DNA from: a virus
Length of the DNA: 64,000 nucleotides
Reading direction: 5' to 3' (one strand)
Virus record (IMG/VR): IMGVR_UViG_3300006329_000001
Location: 98,718 to 162,717 of that record
The position numbers were made by a program, and so were the translations under genes. The notes beneath the pieces were generated by a model, which was not told the DNA's origin, ran no database searches, and worked only from the letters and a program-made list of their open reading frames with translations. Numbering within the stretch: position 1 is the stretch's first letter; each line of letters starts with the position of its first letter. Of the stretch, positions 35,946 through 46,939 are shown one piece after another.

Positions 35946-38900
35946 TTATATAACCAGTTCACGAATCTGAATAACGTCACCAGTTGCAGGTGGAGCAGAT
36001 ATACTAAAGTCAACAGCATTACCTGTTACTGTATAGTCCACACCAGGAACTTGAGCGACACCATTTAGAAATACTAAAAGTGAGAAAGCAGTGTGTCCAG
36101 GCGAAATGTTAAACGTCTGTGTTGCACCATTTCCATTATATGTAACACCGTTATTGCTATTTGCAATACCAGTTGCTAAAGAGTATTTATCTGCACAACC
36201 GTATTTACCAGTAACATCTAAGTCACCAGAAATATAAGTGTTACCACCAATCTTCATCCTGTTGGATGCGTCAGGTGACATACCAATACCATAATGAGTT
36301 ACACCACTGTATCTGTTAGATGTAATAGGTGTAGTATCACTCAATCCAATCTTGTACCATACACCAGTATCATACACCCATCCGAGTGATTGACCAGGTG
36401 CCCAGTCAATGTTATAACAAATGTCACCATTGTTAAAAGCTAACCCTGACTGTAGGTCTGGTAGTCCATTAAGTTCTTCTGCTAGGAATGTCTGCTTCAG
36501 AACTGTACCATCAGTGTTAGAGTAAGTGTACTTAAGTGACTGTATCTCATCTGATGATGTGACTTTCTTCTGGAAAGTAACAGGACCAGAGAATACTGAT
36601 TCTAACTGGTTAGACGCACCACCGATTACGGTTAGTTTGTCAGTTAAAACCAATTCAGAGAACGTTTCGATAGTTGTGTCCTCTTCACCCAACACGTTAA
36701 GTTGAGCAATATCTTCGTTAGTGATCTGACCTGTAACTGGGTTAATAACCTGGTTACCAACGAACAGTTCACCATCACTGTTAACACCAGAGTAGTATGC
36801 CACACCTGCTGCTTCCTTAAGTGACTGTGATAGTCTGACCTGTTGTGGTGATAGAACCTCAACCTGTGTAGATGGGAATGCAGTAGAGTAGTTACCTGGA
36901 CCAAATCCAAGATACTCAAACGTGTGACCTGATGCTCTCAGAATTGAGTACCTTCGTAACTCAACCTGTAGCGGAGCAACAGACTGGTCTGGATTTAATT
37001 TCAGTGCTATCTTTCTTTCTTCCTCATCACCTAAACGTGCAGTAACAACTATACTATTCAGTACGTTAGATGTAGTGTTATATCCTAAGTTATTTTCAGT
37101 CTCTAACAGTATAAACTGTGTAGTTTCCTTCGTAATAGATAACTGTTTGTTCTCATTAGGTGTTGGAGTAGCACCATCAGTGGTCTTAACTACACCCAAT
37201 ACTTCATTATCAGCAATAGAAACAGCAGGTGCAGGGTCAGCAACTGGGTTGTCTCTGTCAAATGCAGGGTAGATATCTACAGTCTGTTGTGAGAATGCGA
37301 AGTCATCAAAGTTAGATGTTGCAGGTGATACTGACGCTGATAGTAGAGTCAAATAATATATACCATCCTGTACACCTCGAATAAACTCTTGGAATGTTTC
37401 TACGTCGTAGATGTAGTAAGTTTTGCTATACGAAGGAGAGTTAGTTTCACTAGAGCGAGGCTGAAGTACGAAACCAGTAATGGGCGGTCTAGGGATTGGG
37501 AAAGCGTCCTTATCAAGGATGTATCTAAATCTGTATGTTCTGTCATTTAAGTCACGAGCGTCGGGTACACGACGGATAAAGGTAGTAGGAGTAAATCCTA
37601 GGTTTTGATACAAGTTATTAGCTTGTAGTGTGGTGTAAATGGTATTAGCGGAACTATCTACCTGAATATACCACTGTCCCCTATTAGTATCATACTTAAT
37701 AGGTGATTCATCATCACCTGCTCTAGTACCTGTAACTTCAGGACCAGCAGGGTTGATGTCTGCATAGTGTGTAGTAGGTTCACTAGCACCTGATGCAATC
37801 AATGCAACATATAATCTGTCGGGAGTATTAACGTCATCTCTTCTTGCACCAATAGTATAACCCTGAATCTTAGAGGGTGGTCTTCCTAACTGACTGGTAT
37901 ATCCATAAAGATACAGTCTAGTGGAGTCTGCCTGTGATCTTGTTGATGCAATATCAATAGTAACCCAGTTAATTGAGATCTCATCTACATCACTAAGTGA
38001 TTTAGGTGGTATAACATGAGTTAATTGACCTGCTTTATCTTTTGTAAAAGCAGTTGCTTTAAATCCTTTACTTCTGAGAGAAGTGTTACCAAAGTTTGAG
38101 TTTGAGTTGGTGATAGAGAGGTCACCGCCTGAGTCGGAGAAGAAATGATCACCGAAACCAACAGCGAACACCGAGACGACTTGGATAAACGCATCATTTG
38201 ATGCTTTAATGTGACGATGCCTCCAACTCTTTCTGTATTCGGCAAGTCCATTAATATGAGCACCAGATCCCGCAGCTTGGGGTTCATATGCTCCAGTACT
38301 TTGGTTGTATAGTACGAATGCTCTGTCATCTTTCTGCAGAGAGATACCAGTGAACTGAGCAACAACCATGGACTTAAATCCAGTTGCTTCAGCACCATCT
38401 GCGTGCATACCATTGATACCCCAAACTGATCTTAGAGAACAGTTAAAGACATATGGTGATGCTGAGTCAACTGTGTCAATTTCGACCTTAACCAGAATAT
38501 TGGAACCGATAGCATTACCTGACGGTTCAGTTGACATTTGATAAGTGAATTGGTTACCCTGAGCAGACGTTACCAAGAACGAACCATTATAGAGGAGCTG
38601 ATCCTGCTCAGTAGGACCAGTAACCCCAGATATATTAACAGCGACACCCACGGAGAATCCATGATTCTTCGGATTACCGAGTGCGTCAACTGTGAATGCT
38701 GTGGCGGTTTGTCCATTTCTTATGATTTGTGAGATAGCAAATTCGTCAGATATAGGACCAACAATTCTGTTTTCCTCAACCCTTACCTGTAACTGGTCTT
38801 GTGCGACAACACCTGATGAGTCAGGTATAGTAGCGTATGCTTTAGATATCTTCTGATAGTATAGTTCTAGGTCAGTAATATTAGCAAACTCAAAACACGT

Positions 38901-39518
38901 TAGCTTATGGTGTGAGAAGTTTGGTGCAATAGTACTTATATCGTCGCCTCTGTAATAGACTCCGTTAGTGTCTCCATCAAAAAAGGATTGCTGCCAGAAA
39001 TAGCATCCACCTGTGAGTTTAAAAATCGCAGCAGTAAGAGGCTCGTTAGTAGCAGTAATACCGAGACTACCCTGAACTGTGGGATAAGGGACGTATTTCG
39101 GAATGATTTTGGTTCGACGTAAGTCCGAACCAACAACAGAGACACCACGAGGAGCAATGATGCCACCAGCAGCTGCATTAAATTTATAAAGAACATTGCT
39201 AGAAGAAGTTAAGTCAAAGTTTGAGTTAGCATCAAAAGGTTGTATTTCATTATAATCTGCTACACCAGGTCTATTGTCAATAACATAATCTGACGGATAC
39301 AAGTATATACTGAATGCGTCGAATTCGTCATTACTTAGACCAACTCTGTATGAAAATCTTGCTACTTCTAGGAATGCACGCTGTAACGTCTTAAATGGAC
39401 GTAACGCTGAGTTACCTCTGTTATCGTAAGCATCCGAAGCATCAAAGTCGTCGGGGTTGACGTATATAATACGACCAGTCCTCGACGTGATGATATTTTT
39501 AAGACGGGTTAGTGCCAT
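35946..39518 (-). CDS. Large tail fibre/baseplate-associated structural protein
   Basis: IIYVNP.DFDASD...RPFKTLQRA, SGHTFEYLGFGPGNYSTAFP, C-terminal VFLNGVAQVPGVDY. Confidence 0.75.
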   Translation of the reverse strand: MALTRLKNIITSRTGRIIYVNPDDFDASDAYDNRGNSALRPFKTLQRAFLEVARFSYRVGLSNDEFDAFSIYLYPSDYVIDNRPGVADYNEIQPFDANSNFDLTSSSNVLYKFNAAAGGIIAPRGVSVVGSDLRRTKIIPKYVPYPTVQGSLGITATNEPLTAAIFKLTGGCYFWQQSFFDGDTNGVYYRGDDISTIAPNFSHHKLTCFEFANITDLELYYQKISKAYATIPDSSGVVAQDQLQVRVEENRIVGPISDEFAISQIIRNGQTATAFTVDALGNPKNHGFSVGVAVNISGVTGPTEQDQLLYNGSFLVTSAQGNQFTYQMSTEPSGNAIGSNILVKVEIDTVDSASPYVFNCSLRSVWGINGMHADGAEATGFKSMVVAQFTGISLQKDDRAFVLYNQSTGAYEPQAAGSGAHINGLAEYRKSWRHRHIKASNDAFIQVVSVFAVGFGDHFFSDSGGDLSITNSNSNFGNTSLRSKGFKATAFTKDKAGQLTHVIPPKSLSDVDEISINWVTIDIASTRSQADSTRLYLYGYTSQLGRPPSKIQGYTIGARRDDVNTPDRLYVALIASGASEPTTHYADINPAGPEVTGTRAGDDESPIKYDTNRGQWYIQVDSSANTIYTTLQANNLYQNLGFTPTTFIRRVPDARDLNDRTYRFRYILDKDAFPIPRPPITGFVLQPRSSETNSPSYSKTYYIYDVETFQEFIRGVQDGIYYLTLLSASVSPATSNFDDFAFSQQTVDIYPAFDRDNPVADPAPAVSIADNEVLGVVKTTDGATPTPNENKQLSITKETTQFILLETENNLGYNTTSNVLNSIVVTARLGDEEERKIALKLNPDQSVAPLQVELRRYSILRASGHTFEYLGFGPGNYSTAFPSTQVEVLSPQQVRLSQSLKEAAGVAYYSGVNSDGELFVGNQVINPVTGQITNEDIAQLNVLGEEDTTIETFSELVLTDKLTVIGGASNQLESVFSGPVTFQKKVTSSDEIQSLKYTYSNTDGTVLKQTFLAEELNGLPDLQSGLAFNNGDICYNIDWAPGQSLGWVYDTGVWYKIGLSDTTPITSNRYSGVTHYGIGMSPDASNRMKIGGNTYISGDLDVTGKYGCADKYSLATGIANSNNGVTYNGNGATQTFNISPGHTAFSLLVFLNGVAQVPGVDYTVTGNAVDFSISAPPATGDVIQIRELVI

Positions 39519-39540
39519 TGGGATCTGCTACCTATTTTAT

Positions 39541-39547
39541 TATTTAT
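39541..39547 (-). promoter_or_regulatory. Late promoter (ATAAATA)
   Basis: Motif about 22 nt upstream of the 39518 start. Confidence 0.55.
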
Positions 39548-41730
39548 CCAGTGGTCTTACTGTTCAGTATTTGTGTGTAATCATCTGACTGAGACTCAAA
39601 ACCAGTTACATTATATGAGATATCAGCAGCAGAACTATAAACTAGAACGTTTTGTCCTGGACCGACTACGATACCAGTTGTGCGATCAACAGCATTTGCT
39701 GCAATCGCTTTACCATAAGCGAAATAATCTTCATCATTAACATAAGTTGTTGCAGTTGCACCTATAGACTGTCCTGTACCTATAGTTGCCACATCAAATG
39801 TCAATGATGCTCCACCTCCACCACCAAGAACGGAGTCTGTAAGAGTTACAGTATCATTTGCTTGATAGTTCTTACCACCATTGATAAGAGTTACAGTAGC
39901 AGCACCTGATCCATCGACTGTTACATCAACTTTCAGAAGTGTTCCATTACCACCTGTAGGTGTCAATCCAGTGTATGTACCTGCAGCACGAGAACCGTCA
40001 GCACCACTTACACTGTCCAGAGTTCTTCCTTTACCTGCAACAATAGTTGCCATAACTCTATTTTCATTAGCAATAGTTGGTGTATCATATATTGCATCAC
40101 CTGCTACAAATGCTGCAGAAGCACCATCAAGTGAAACTTTCAGTAAGTTAAGTGCCTTATCAAATTCATGAACATAACCCCATGGACCTGCAGTTACACC
40201 AGCTGGTTCGATAGTGTAAGTTGTCTCACCTAAAGTAAACTGATCAGCAGCAGCGAAAGGTGCACCTCTTAGTTTATAGATAAAAATCTCTTCATAAGCA
40301 GGAGCAGATACAACGTTTAGTGACCAACCAAATCCTGCGTTACTGTCAGCAGTGTTTGCTACTGCAGGTTCTGCGTATGAAGATAACGATAGTGGTGAGG
40401 TAGCAGTGATCTCAATCTCCAAATAACATCCTGCTTGTCCTGCGGTTCCTACCTTAGTTACATTAGTGGTATACTCTGTACCACTTAATGACTGAGTACC
40501 ATCAGTCTCTTCAGATAATCTGAAAGGATGTCCTGTGTTAGAAGCATCTGTCTGCCAGAATCTATATGTTCTTTCATTATTAAGGTTCTTATTCAGATAT
40601 AGTTCGTATGTATTACCACTAGCACCCTCTGCAACAATAAATCTATCTTGGTTAGTGATAGGGTTAGAAAGTTGAGAGAAGTTTAATGGTAAAGTAGCAT
40701 TAGATGTACCACCAGTAATAGTCTCACCTTCAGTAAAGAAGTTAAGATGATAATCACCTGCATCAGTTAACTGTGTAACTGTAGTACCATCATTATGGTT
40801 AACAGCAGAAGTACCGTACATACCACGAACAACAGTCAAGTCGTTACCTGCAACAGCAGAAACCTGAATTGTCTCGTTACCAATCTGTATGAAACCACCT
40901 TCTAAGAATCCAGTTGCATCTGCAAGTGTAAGAGTTGTATCACCTGCAGCGAAAGTAGCACCTTCGTTGATAGTAGATGTAGTAGCAGAGTCGATAAAGC
41001 ACTTAGCAAATGCTCCTGCAGGGATTGCACTTGCGGTTGTACCATATACTCCTCTTGTTACTGTCAATACATTGGTAGTAGTGTTAATACCAGAAGCATT
41101 AATAGATATAATTTCTGTACCAGTATTACCTGCAGTATCAGAGATCATTAACCTTGCAGCATCTGCAAGACCTGTGTTTCTTGATACGTTAACTGCTGTG
41201 GCCCCCGAAGCTACATCTGCTATAGCGACGTGAAAAGTTCCAGACTCAGTGTCTAGACTTCTCAATGTACCTGCAACACCTGATGTACCACCAGTAACTG
41301 TGTCAACACCTACTTGGAATATACCCGTTAAACTTGCGTTATCACCCGTTGTCTCAAGTAATTTCTCTACCTTAACCCATCTCTCTAAAAGAGAAGTGTC
41401 CTTAAACACATCAAGGAGTTTTGCTGTAGCTCCATTCTGGGTCGTAATATCTGCACCAGGTGTAGCATCAGTGAAACTGATACCTGGACTAATTTTTAAT
41501 TTATATTCTGATACTGGGTTCCCTTTCTGAAACTCTAATGCAGTCGTTTCATCACCATCAAGTGTTAAAATCTGATCATAGTCACGCAATGCTGCACGAT
41601 ATGTCACACCTGATCCTGAATGATTTGCTGCTGTCAATACTACAGATGCACTATTGTCTATATCAGGACTGTATAGTATTGTTGATGTCGTTGCCCCTGG
41701 TTTTGAGGCGGCTAACCTTCCTGCTGTCAT
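39544..41730 (-). CDS. Virion structural protein
   Basis: Thr/Gly/Ala-rich with repeated LTV.RG.YGT.A..H units. Confidence 0.7.
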   Translation of the reverse strand: MTAGRLAASKPGATTSTILYSPDIDNSASVVLTAANHSGSGVTYRAALRDYDQILTLDGDETTALEFQKGNPVSEYKLKISPGISFTDATPGADITTQNGATAKLLDVFKDTSLLERWVKVEKLLETTGDNASLTGIFQVGVDTVTGGTSGVAGTLRSLDTESGTFHVAIADVASGATAVNVSRNTGLADAARLMISDTAGNTGTEIISINASGINTTTNVLTVTRGVYGTTASAIPAGAFAKCFIDSATTSTINEGATFAAGDTTLTLADATGFLEGGFIQIGNETIQVSAVAGNDLTVVRGMYGTSAVNHNDGTTVTQLTDAGDYHLNFFTEGETITGGTSNATLPLNFSQLSNPITNQDRFIVAEGASGNTYELYLNKNLNNERTYRFWQTDASNTGHPFRLSEETDGTQSLSGTEYTTNVTKVGTAGQAGCYLEIEITATSPLSLSSYAEPAVANTADSNAGFGWSLNVVSAPAYEEIFIYKLRGAPFAAADQFTLGETTYTIEPAGVTAGPWGYVHEFDKALNLLKVSLDGASAAFVAGDAIYDTPTIANENRVMATIVAGKGRTLDSVSGADGSRAAGTYTGLTPTGGNGTLLKVDVTVDGSGAATVTLINGGKNYQANDTVTLTDSVLGGGGGASLTFDVATIGTGQSIGATATTYVNDEDYFAYGKAIAANAVDRTTGIVVGPGQNVLVYSSAADISYNVTGFESQSDDYTQILNSKTTG

Positions 41731-41736
41731 TTTAAT

Positions 41737-43071
41737 TTACCACCCTGCTTGGAAAAAAGATTGGAGTCGGAGTCTACCACCGAATGTAGGTGCTGATAAA
41801 GGACCACCAAAGCTAACACCAACCGCCTCGATGTTGTTAGTAGATAGTAATGTAGCATCCGCACCTGGAAACTGAATATTAACTCCTTCAGTAATGTTAG
41901 TCGCATCAATAGTAATTAATCCGTTAACATTCTCTGGGTTGTTAATCTTCATAAATTCCATAGTCTTGTTAGCAAGAGTCTGCGTTGCTTTCTCTGCTAC
42001 AATAACGTTGGAATCAGTACCATTATTTAGAGGTTCTGAAAGAGAACCTTCTGGGAAAGTGAACTGTAAATTGCTGTTAGCATTGAGGTTAGTTAAGTTA
42101 AAACTAATCTTCTTGGTAACATCAGCACTGTCCTCAAAAATGGCACCCTTATAAACTTTGTTTGTTAATGTCTGAGTTGATGCTTCACCAACTACCTTAA
42201 CGTTAAGATCTGGCCAAGTAACTGTACGGTCTGAAGTTAATCCAGATTGATCGAAGATAATATACTTGGTTGGATCATTCTCATCTGTAGACGGTGTAGT
42301 AGAGAACGTGGGGTTAACCATGTTCTTGTTCTTAACGTCTTGCTGAGTTATATCATCAAGTAATGTTGATTGCGTAATGGTAGTACCATAGTCAGGAAGA
42401 CGATAGATATGCTGACCAGGAGCATCCCATGCGTCTGTCTCGAACTTTGCAATCTTAGCAACATTTGTAGAACCAGTAATACTAAGGTCAGCATCTTTGA
42501 TGATAACTACCTTATTAGTTAACGTCTGGAAAGTATCTGCTGCAACAATAGTTGCTGAAGTATTTGCTCCTACATTTGGAAAGTCGAAACGACGTACACC
42601 ACCTGCAGTAGAAACTGTATCTACGTTAAAGACTACCTTCTTACCTGGGTTTTGATCACCCTCAAAGAATACGTTAGAGTCTGTAAATGTAGCAGATCCA
42701 TTAACAGTGAAATATCCACTACCTTGAGGAACTATCTCTACATTAGAGTTTGCTGACGCTGTATCAACCGCACGAATCTGCAATGTTGATGAACCGTCTT
42801 GGTTCGAGTTACGTTGATTATATAATGATGCACTACCGAACGTGAGTCCAATTTCATTAACTGCACTCTGGTATATTCCTGTATCCCTATCCAAATCGAA
42901 AGCCAGTCCTGGAGCGGCTTGGGAGCCTGCAGAAACTGACCTAAAAAGTTGATTAACCTTTGATTTTCTATTCGGAATAAGTGGATCAGAAATAACAATA
43001 GGAAGCACTGCTTCCCCTGTCACCAACGCATCAGCTATAGTATCAAGTTGTGATATTCTTTTAGTTGCCAC
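41737..43071 (-). CDS. Virion structural/fibre protein
   Basis: MATKRISQL start; repeated QTLTNK motifs. Confidence 0.7.
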   Translation of the reverse strand: MATKRISQLDTIADALVTGEAVLPIVISDPLIPNRKSKVNQLFRSVSAGSQAAPGLAFDLDRDTGIYQSAVNEIGLTFGSASLYNQRNSNQDGSSTLQIRAVDTASANSNVEIVPQGSGYFTVNGSATFTDSNVFFEGDQNPGKKVVFNVDTVSTAGGVRRFDFPNVGANTSATIVAADTFQTLTNKVVIIKDADLSITGSTNVAKIAKFETDAWDAPGQHIYRLPDYGTTITQSTLLDDITQQDVKNKNMVNPTFSTTPSTDENDPTKYIIFDQSGLTSDRTVTWPDLNVKVVGEASTQTLTNKVYKGAIFEDSADVTKKISFNLTNLNANSNLQFTFPEGSLSEPLNNGTDSNVIVAEKATQTLANKTMEFMKINNPENVNGLITIDATNITEGVNIQFPGADATLLSTNNIEAVGVSFGGPLSAPTFGGRLRLQSFFQAGW

Positions 43072-43098
43072 TATTCATCTATATGGGTTCTTCCGAGT

Positions 43099-43106
43099 TA
43101 TTTATA
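43099..43106 (-). promoter_or_regulatory. T4-type late promoter TATAAATA
   Basis: Exact motif upstream of the fibre operon. Confidence 0.75.
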
Positions 43107-43368
43107 CGTCCAAATTACTGTCTCCCTGTAATAGTACTTTTAGTTTCTTTGCTTTCTCTAATTGTTCTTTATGATAGTCTATCCATGACTGCACTTCAGT
43201 CAATATATCCTCATAGGTTTCGTCTGAAGAGGTTTCGCTAGTAAGATAATCCCCTATAACATCGTTAAGTGTATTAAGACGATGTTGTGACTCTGGGGGT
43301 GGACTACTATTGTAGTTTTCTACATGTGGACCGCTCATTTTTGGTATTTCTTGATAGATTCTTCCCAC
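43102..43368 (-). CDS. Hypothetical protein
   Basis: Co-oriented ORF. Confidence 0.65.
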   Translation of the reverse strand: MGRIYQEIPKMSGPHVENYNSSPPPESQHRLNTLNDVIGDYLTSETSSDETYEDILTEVQSWIDYHKEQLEKAKKLKVLLQGDSNLDV

Positions 43369-43568
43369 TCACTCATTGATGAACTACAATCAGGTGGTTC
43401 TGGATATTTATATCCCTTTACTTTCATCCATTTCTGGTGTAATGCTTGTAATATCCATGATTGCGATAAACTTTTAGGACCATTTTCCAATAGTTCCAAC
43501 TGTTTCTTGTTAGAAGTGTACGCTTTGTACTCTTCCCTCCAATTACTATCGTCCCAATCTGTTGTCAT
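43335..43568 (-). CDS. Conserved cyanophage hypothetical protein
   Basis: DDSNWREEYK..ELLENGPKSLSQSW..KGYKYPEPPDCSSS. Confidence 0.75.
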   Translation of the reverse strand: MTTDWDDSNWREEYKAYTSNKKQLELLENGPKSLSQSWILQALHQKWMKVKGYKYPEPPDCSSSMSEWEESIKKYQK

Positions 43569-43570
43569 AG

Positions 43571-43744
43571 TTACTCCTCTATGTCGAATGACCACTTAAT
43601 GTGTTTAATGTAGTCGAATGTACATGATATATCTGCATCACAACTTATATCATACTTACGATCACACAAGAATCGTCTCAGTTCCTCTACTGATGCAAAG
43701 CAACCTTGATGTCTTTCTTTGTCGTCGTAAAGATGATACTTCAT
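43571..43744 (-). CDS. Hypothetical 57-aa protein (not in ORF track)
   Basis: MKYHLYDDKERHQGCF...; ATGA-coupled. Confidence 0.7.
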   Translation of the reverse strand: MKYHLYDDKERHQGCFASVEELRRFLCDRKYDISCDADISCTFDYIKHIKWSFDIEE

Positions 43745-44013
43745 GCTTCCATTTCTTTCTGCATTTCGTTTAGGGTTTCTGACACATAAGTCTGTACACC
43801 AAGTGGATCAGGTTTCCAATCCTGTGGCATAGGAATATCTGGCAGTTGATCTTGCTCGTAAGTTTTTACGAACTCAGGAACTGGTGTCATTATGATAGAT
43901 GGTTTCCCATCTTGCACAATCTTTATTGTATTACCTCTTTCACATAATGTCAAGAGGAAATCAAGGTTGCTTTTGATCTCATCAGTAGAGACCTCTAGGA
44001 TTTGAGATTTCAT
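43741..44013 (-). CDS. Phd/YefM-like protein
   Basis: EVSTDEIKSNLDFLL...ERGNTIKIVQDGKP..IM.P matches the Phd N-terminal pattern. Confidence 0.55.
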   Translation of the reverse strand: MKSQILEVSTDEIKSNLDFLLTLCERGNTIKIVQDGKPSIIMTPVPEFVKTYEQDQLPDIPMPQDWKPDPLGVQTYVSETLNEMQKEMEA

Positions 44014-44207
44014 TAGAATACAAATGTAAGGTCGTCTGGGTCTAGGAAGTCTTGTAATAAGGATATAGTATCCTCAAAACTACCCATACCCTCTTCATCA
44101 AAGTTAAACCGAACTTCTTCGGTATAACCTTCTTCATCCCTAAGAATAACTTTTCTAGTAGACATGTGTATAAACGCATGTTCTACATAATCGATTAATT
44201 CATCCAT
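44013..44207 (-). CDS. Hypothetical acidic protein
   Basis: MDELIDYVE...; TAATG-coupled to gp5. Confidence 0.7.
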   Translation of the reverse strand: MDELIDYVEHAFIHMSTRKVILRDEEGYTEEVRFNFDEEGMGSFEDTISLLQDFLDPDDLTFVF

Positions 44208-46939
44208 TAATTCAGCATAACAGGCAGTCCGTAAATCTGGGTTGCTCCCAAAGCAGTACCAAAGGCAGAAAAACCTACCCCGACACCGTATGAAATTATA
44301 CCAGAAGTACACTGGTTTATTATAGCACCTTTTCCTGCAGTTACAACCTCCCCTATGCCACCAGTCGGACTGGCTACTAGAGTCATGTGACCACCTGCAC
44401 TAGCTCCTGTTACTATGTCTGCCATCGCTGTGGGCATTGACTGCCCAAGAGAAAGACGAACCTGAGCTGGTGGTGATGCACCTGGGAAAGGTAGATCCAT
44501 TGTAACATCAACAATAGATCCTTTTACTATACTATACTGTCCTGTTATAACTGGCATGAACTGGAATATGCCGATAATATCGAAACGTCCGCAGTTAAGG
44601 AATGAAGTAATCCAGTTAGCTTCGTTTATGATCTCACCATGTGCAGTATTGTTAATTGCACCTGCCTCAACGTTATAATTCTGACCCTTCATGTTGATTG
44701 CAGATATGGCAGTGAAGTTAAACTTGTTAGCTTGTACTGTCCAGTCACCTTGATAGTTACAATCGTGGTCACCTGCTACCGTATGTACTGACTTGGATTC
44801 TCTTTCTCCTACCTCCACATCAAACTGTGGTTTAGCACGTTTTGCTATCTTATCTTGTAGAACTGCTTGCATTTGCTGCACTCCAGTTGCTGCACTACCT
44901 CCAGCCGCTTCGAGAGCCTCAAATCCATCTTCAGGATCTAGTTCTTTATAATCTGCTGCTGTAAATTTAGCACTTTCACCTGCATTTTGTAATGGTTTTT
45001 GATCACCCCATGTACTACCTGAGGAGAAACCACCGTTAGCATCAGATGCTTGAGCACCAGGACCATTTGATACATGAGTATTCATGGATCCTGAGACCTC
45101 AATATGGAAGTCACCCATAACTTTTAGGTGATAATCACCTTCCACAGTATGAACATGATTACCTTTAGTATCATGTACCAAGTCACCACCATAGATAGCA
45201 GTCCAGTTTCCAGGTGTATTTAAGTGCTCATTACCTCTCTTATCTTGGAAGTAAGTAACACCACCTGGACCTGAAACTACAAATTTCTCCTTACCTGGCG
45301 TTGCATCATTAAGTATTCTAGTACCATTGAGTGATGTCTGAGTCTCCATCAAGAATGGGTTAATATTCTTATAGAAGTCATCAAAGAATGAACCAGTTTC
45401 TGCAGTACCACCAGAGTTTTGAGTAAGACCTGGTGCATTAGAACCTGACGGTGGTGGGCAATTACTATAGTCTCCTCCACCTGGACCTGAAATTCCTGGT
45501 GTATCCTCAGGGTCGCACTGTGTAGTACCTAACAATGGAACCCATGCTTGGGATCGGGGTTTTCGACTTGTCCTATCACATCCTTTATTACCAAGGATCA
45601 TAGCAAGGATTGCCTTAAGGATGCTAAGAAGTGAGTTAAAGTCTAACTTAGTAAAATCAATAGAGAATATACTTTGGATTCCACTTGCCAGATCTGCTAT
45701 ACCCTTAGCCATGGATATTGCTGACAGTATTTTATCCGCAGCCTTATTAATACTATTGAGTGCCTTACATATCTGATTCTGAATACCAGACATTGCGTTC
45801 TCAACCCAATTAAGGATTTTGGATTCCATCTCACCAATGAAATCCATTATATTATCGAAGACTTTATTCAGATAACTCGTTATGAATCCCATTATGTTCT
45901 TCATAACACTGACCCACTGTGGGGTAGGTTTACAGAACATAGCGAATATAATTTCTAGGATAGCACCGATTGCTGTCACTACGACAACAGGAACCATATT
46001 AGAAATTAGCTTTAATATAGTATCAATCGCTTGCTGAATCAGTCTCGCTGCCAACTCCTTCAGGGGAGCAAGCATACCTGAAACTGCATTAGTTACATAG
46101 TTGGTTACATTAGATAATTGATTAAGTATTGCTTTACCTTCTACCACTCTGCCTGAAATAGCAGACATGAAATTACCTGTATCACTATCCTTTGCTAGAC
46201 CACCTACCTGTACACCAATATCAGATAGCATCCTCTTCATGTCCAGTTGGAAACCTTTGTTTGCTGGACCTGTAGTACCATCAGCAATACCACCTGGCAT
46301 TCCTGACAACTTGATAGGGTTAGTATATACGTTAGCAGGTGTATCTACTTCACCTTTAGAAACTGCACCTCTTGCTACTTCTTCACCACCTTCTGCAGAT
46401 CCAGGTGTCTGACCCTGAACCTTAGCAAATGGGTGACCACCAAGTGCAAATTGATTATTGACTGCTTTCTGCTGAGGAGTATTAGTTGCTAATTGATTAC
46501 CAATTTCAGGATCAGCAATAGTTGTACGTCCTAGCTGGTTAGGTGTATCACGTTCACTACCACTTGGATCATCACTATTCCTTCTTTCAGCATGTTTAAA
46601 ACTACGGAAAGCACCCATAACACAAGGTAACTGACCTTCTTCTCCATCCAAAAAGAAACCAAGAACATTAGAACCTACCTGCAATTCAGTAGTTGTACCT
46701 GCGTTCTTAGTCTGTGGTTTATCTGTGGGTAATAAGACAGTTGCCCAAGGTAATAGTTCCCTAGGTAGTTCTTGGGTGTGAGCTGAGTTACCATCCTTAT
46801 CGGTTTTATTACTCGTATACCATCCAAGCACACGAACTTTAACCCTTCCTAACTGAGAAGGATCCAGTATATCTTCTACTTCACCGACCCACCAATTAAA
46901 TCCATCACGACCTGTAAAGTCAGTCTTAACTGCTACCAT
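44207..46939 (-). CDS. gp5: Baseplate hub/tail spike gp5
   Basis: N-terminal OB fold WWVGEVED..DP..LGRVKVR..G...LPWA...GFFLDG; C-terminal beta-helix repeats. Confidence 0.9.
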   Translation of the reverse strand: MVAVKTDFTGRDGFNWWVGEVEDILDPSQLGRVKVRVLGWYTSNKTDKDGNSAHTQELPRELLPWATVLLPTDKPQTKNAGTTTELQVGSNVLGFFLDGEEGQLPCVMGAFRSFKHAERRNSDDPSGSERDTPNQLGRTTIADPEIGNQLATNTPQQKAVNNQFALGGHPFAKVQGQTPGSAEGGEEVARGAVSKGEVDTPANVYTNPIKLSGMPGGIADGTTGPANKGFQLDMKRMLSDIGVQVGGLAKDSDTGNFMSAISGRVVEGKAILNQLSNVTNYVTNAVSGMLAPLKELAARLIQQAIDTILKLISNMVPVVVVTAIGAILEIIFAMFCKPTPQWVSVMKNIMGFITSYLNKVFDNIMDFIGEMESKILNWVENAMSGIQNQICKALNSINKAADKILSAISMAKGIADLASGIQSIFSIDFTKLDFNSLLSILKAILAMILGNKGCDRTSRKPRSQAWVPLLGTTQCDPEDTPGISGPGGGDYSNCPPPSGSNAPGLTQNSGGTAETGSFFDDFYKNINPFLMETQTSLNGTRILNDATPGKEKFVVSGPGGVTYFQDKRGNEHLNTPGNWTAIYGGDLVHDTKGNHVHTVEGDYHLKVMGDFHIEVSGSMNTHVSNGPGAQASDANGGFSSGSTWGDQKPLQNAGESAKFTAADYKELDPEDGFEALEAAGGSAATGVQQMQAVLQDKIAKRAKPQFDVEVGERESKSVHTVAGDHDCNYQGDWTVQANKFNFTAISAINMKGQNYNVEAGAINNTAHGEIINEANWITSFLNCGRFDIIGIFQFMPVITGQYSIVKGSIVDVTMDLPFPGASPPAQVRLSLGQSMPTAMADIVTGASAGGHMTLVASPTGGIGEVVTAGKGAIINQCTSGIISYGVGVGFSAFGTALGATQIYGLPVMLN

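Noticed and set aside
41727-41909. Overlapping 60-aa ORF as a frameshift product
   Set aside because: No slippery site identified; the main ORF ends normally just before the next gene
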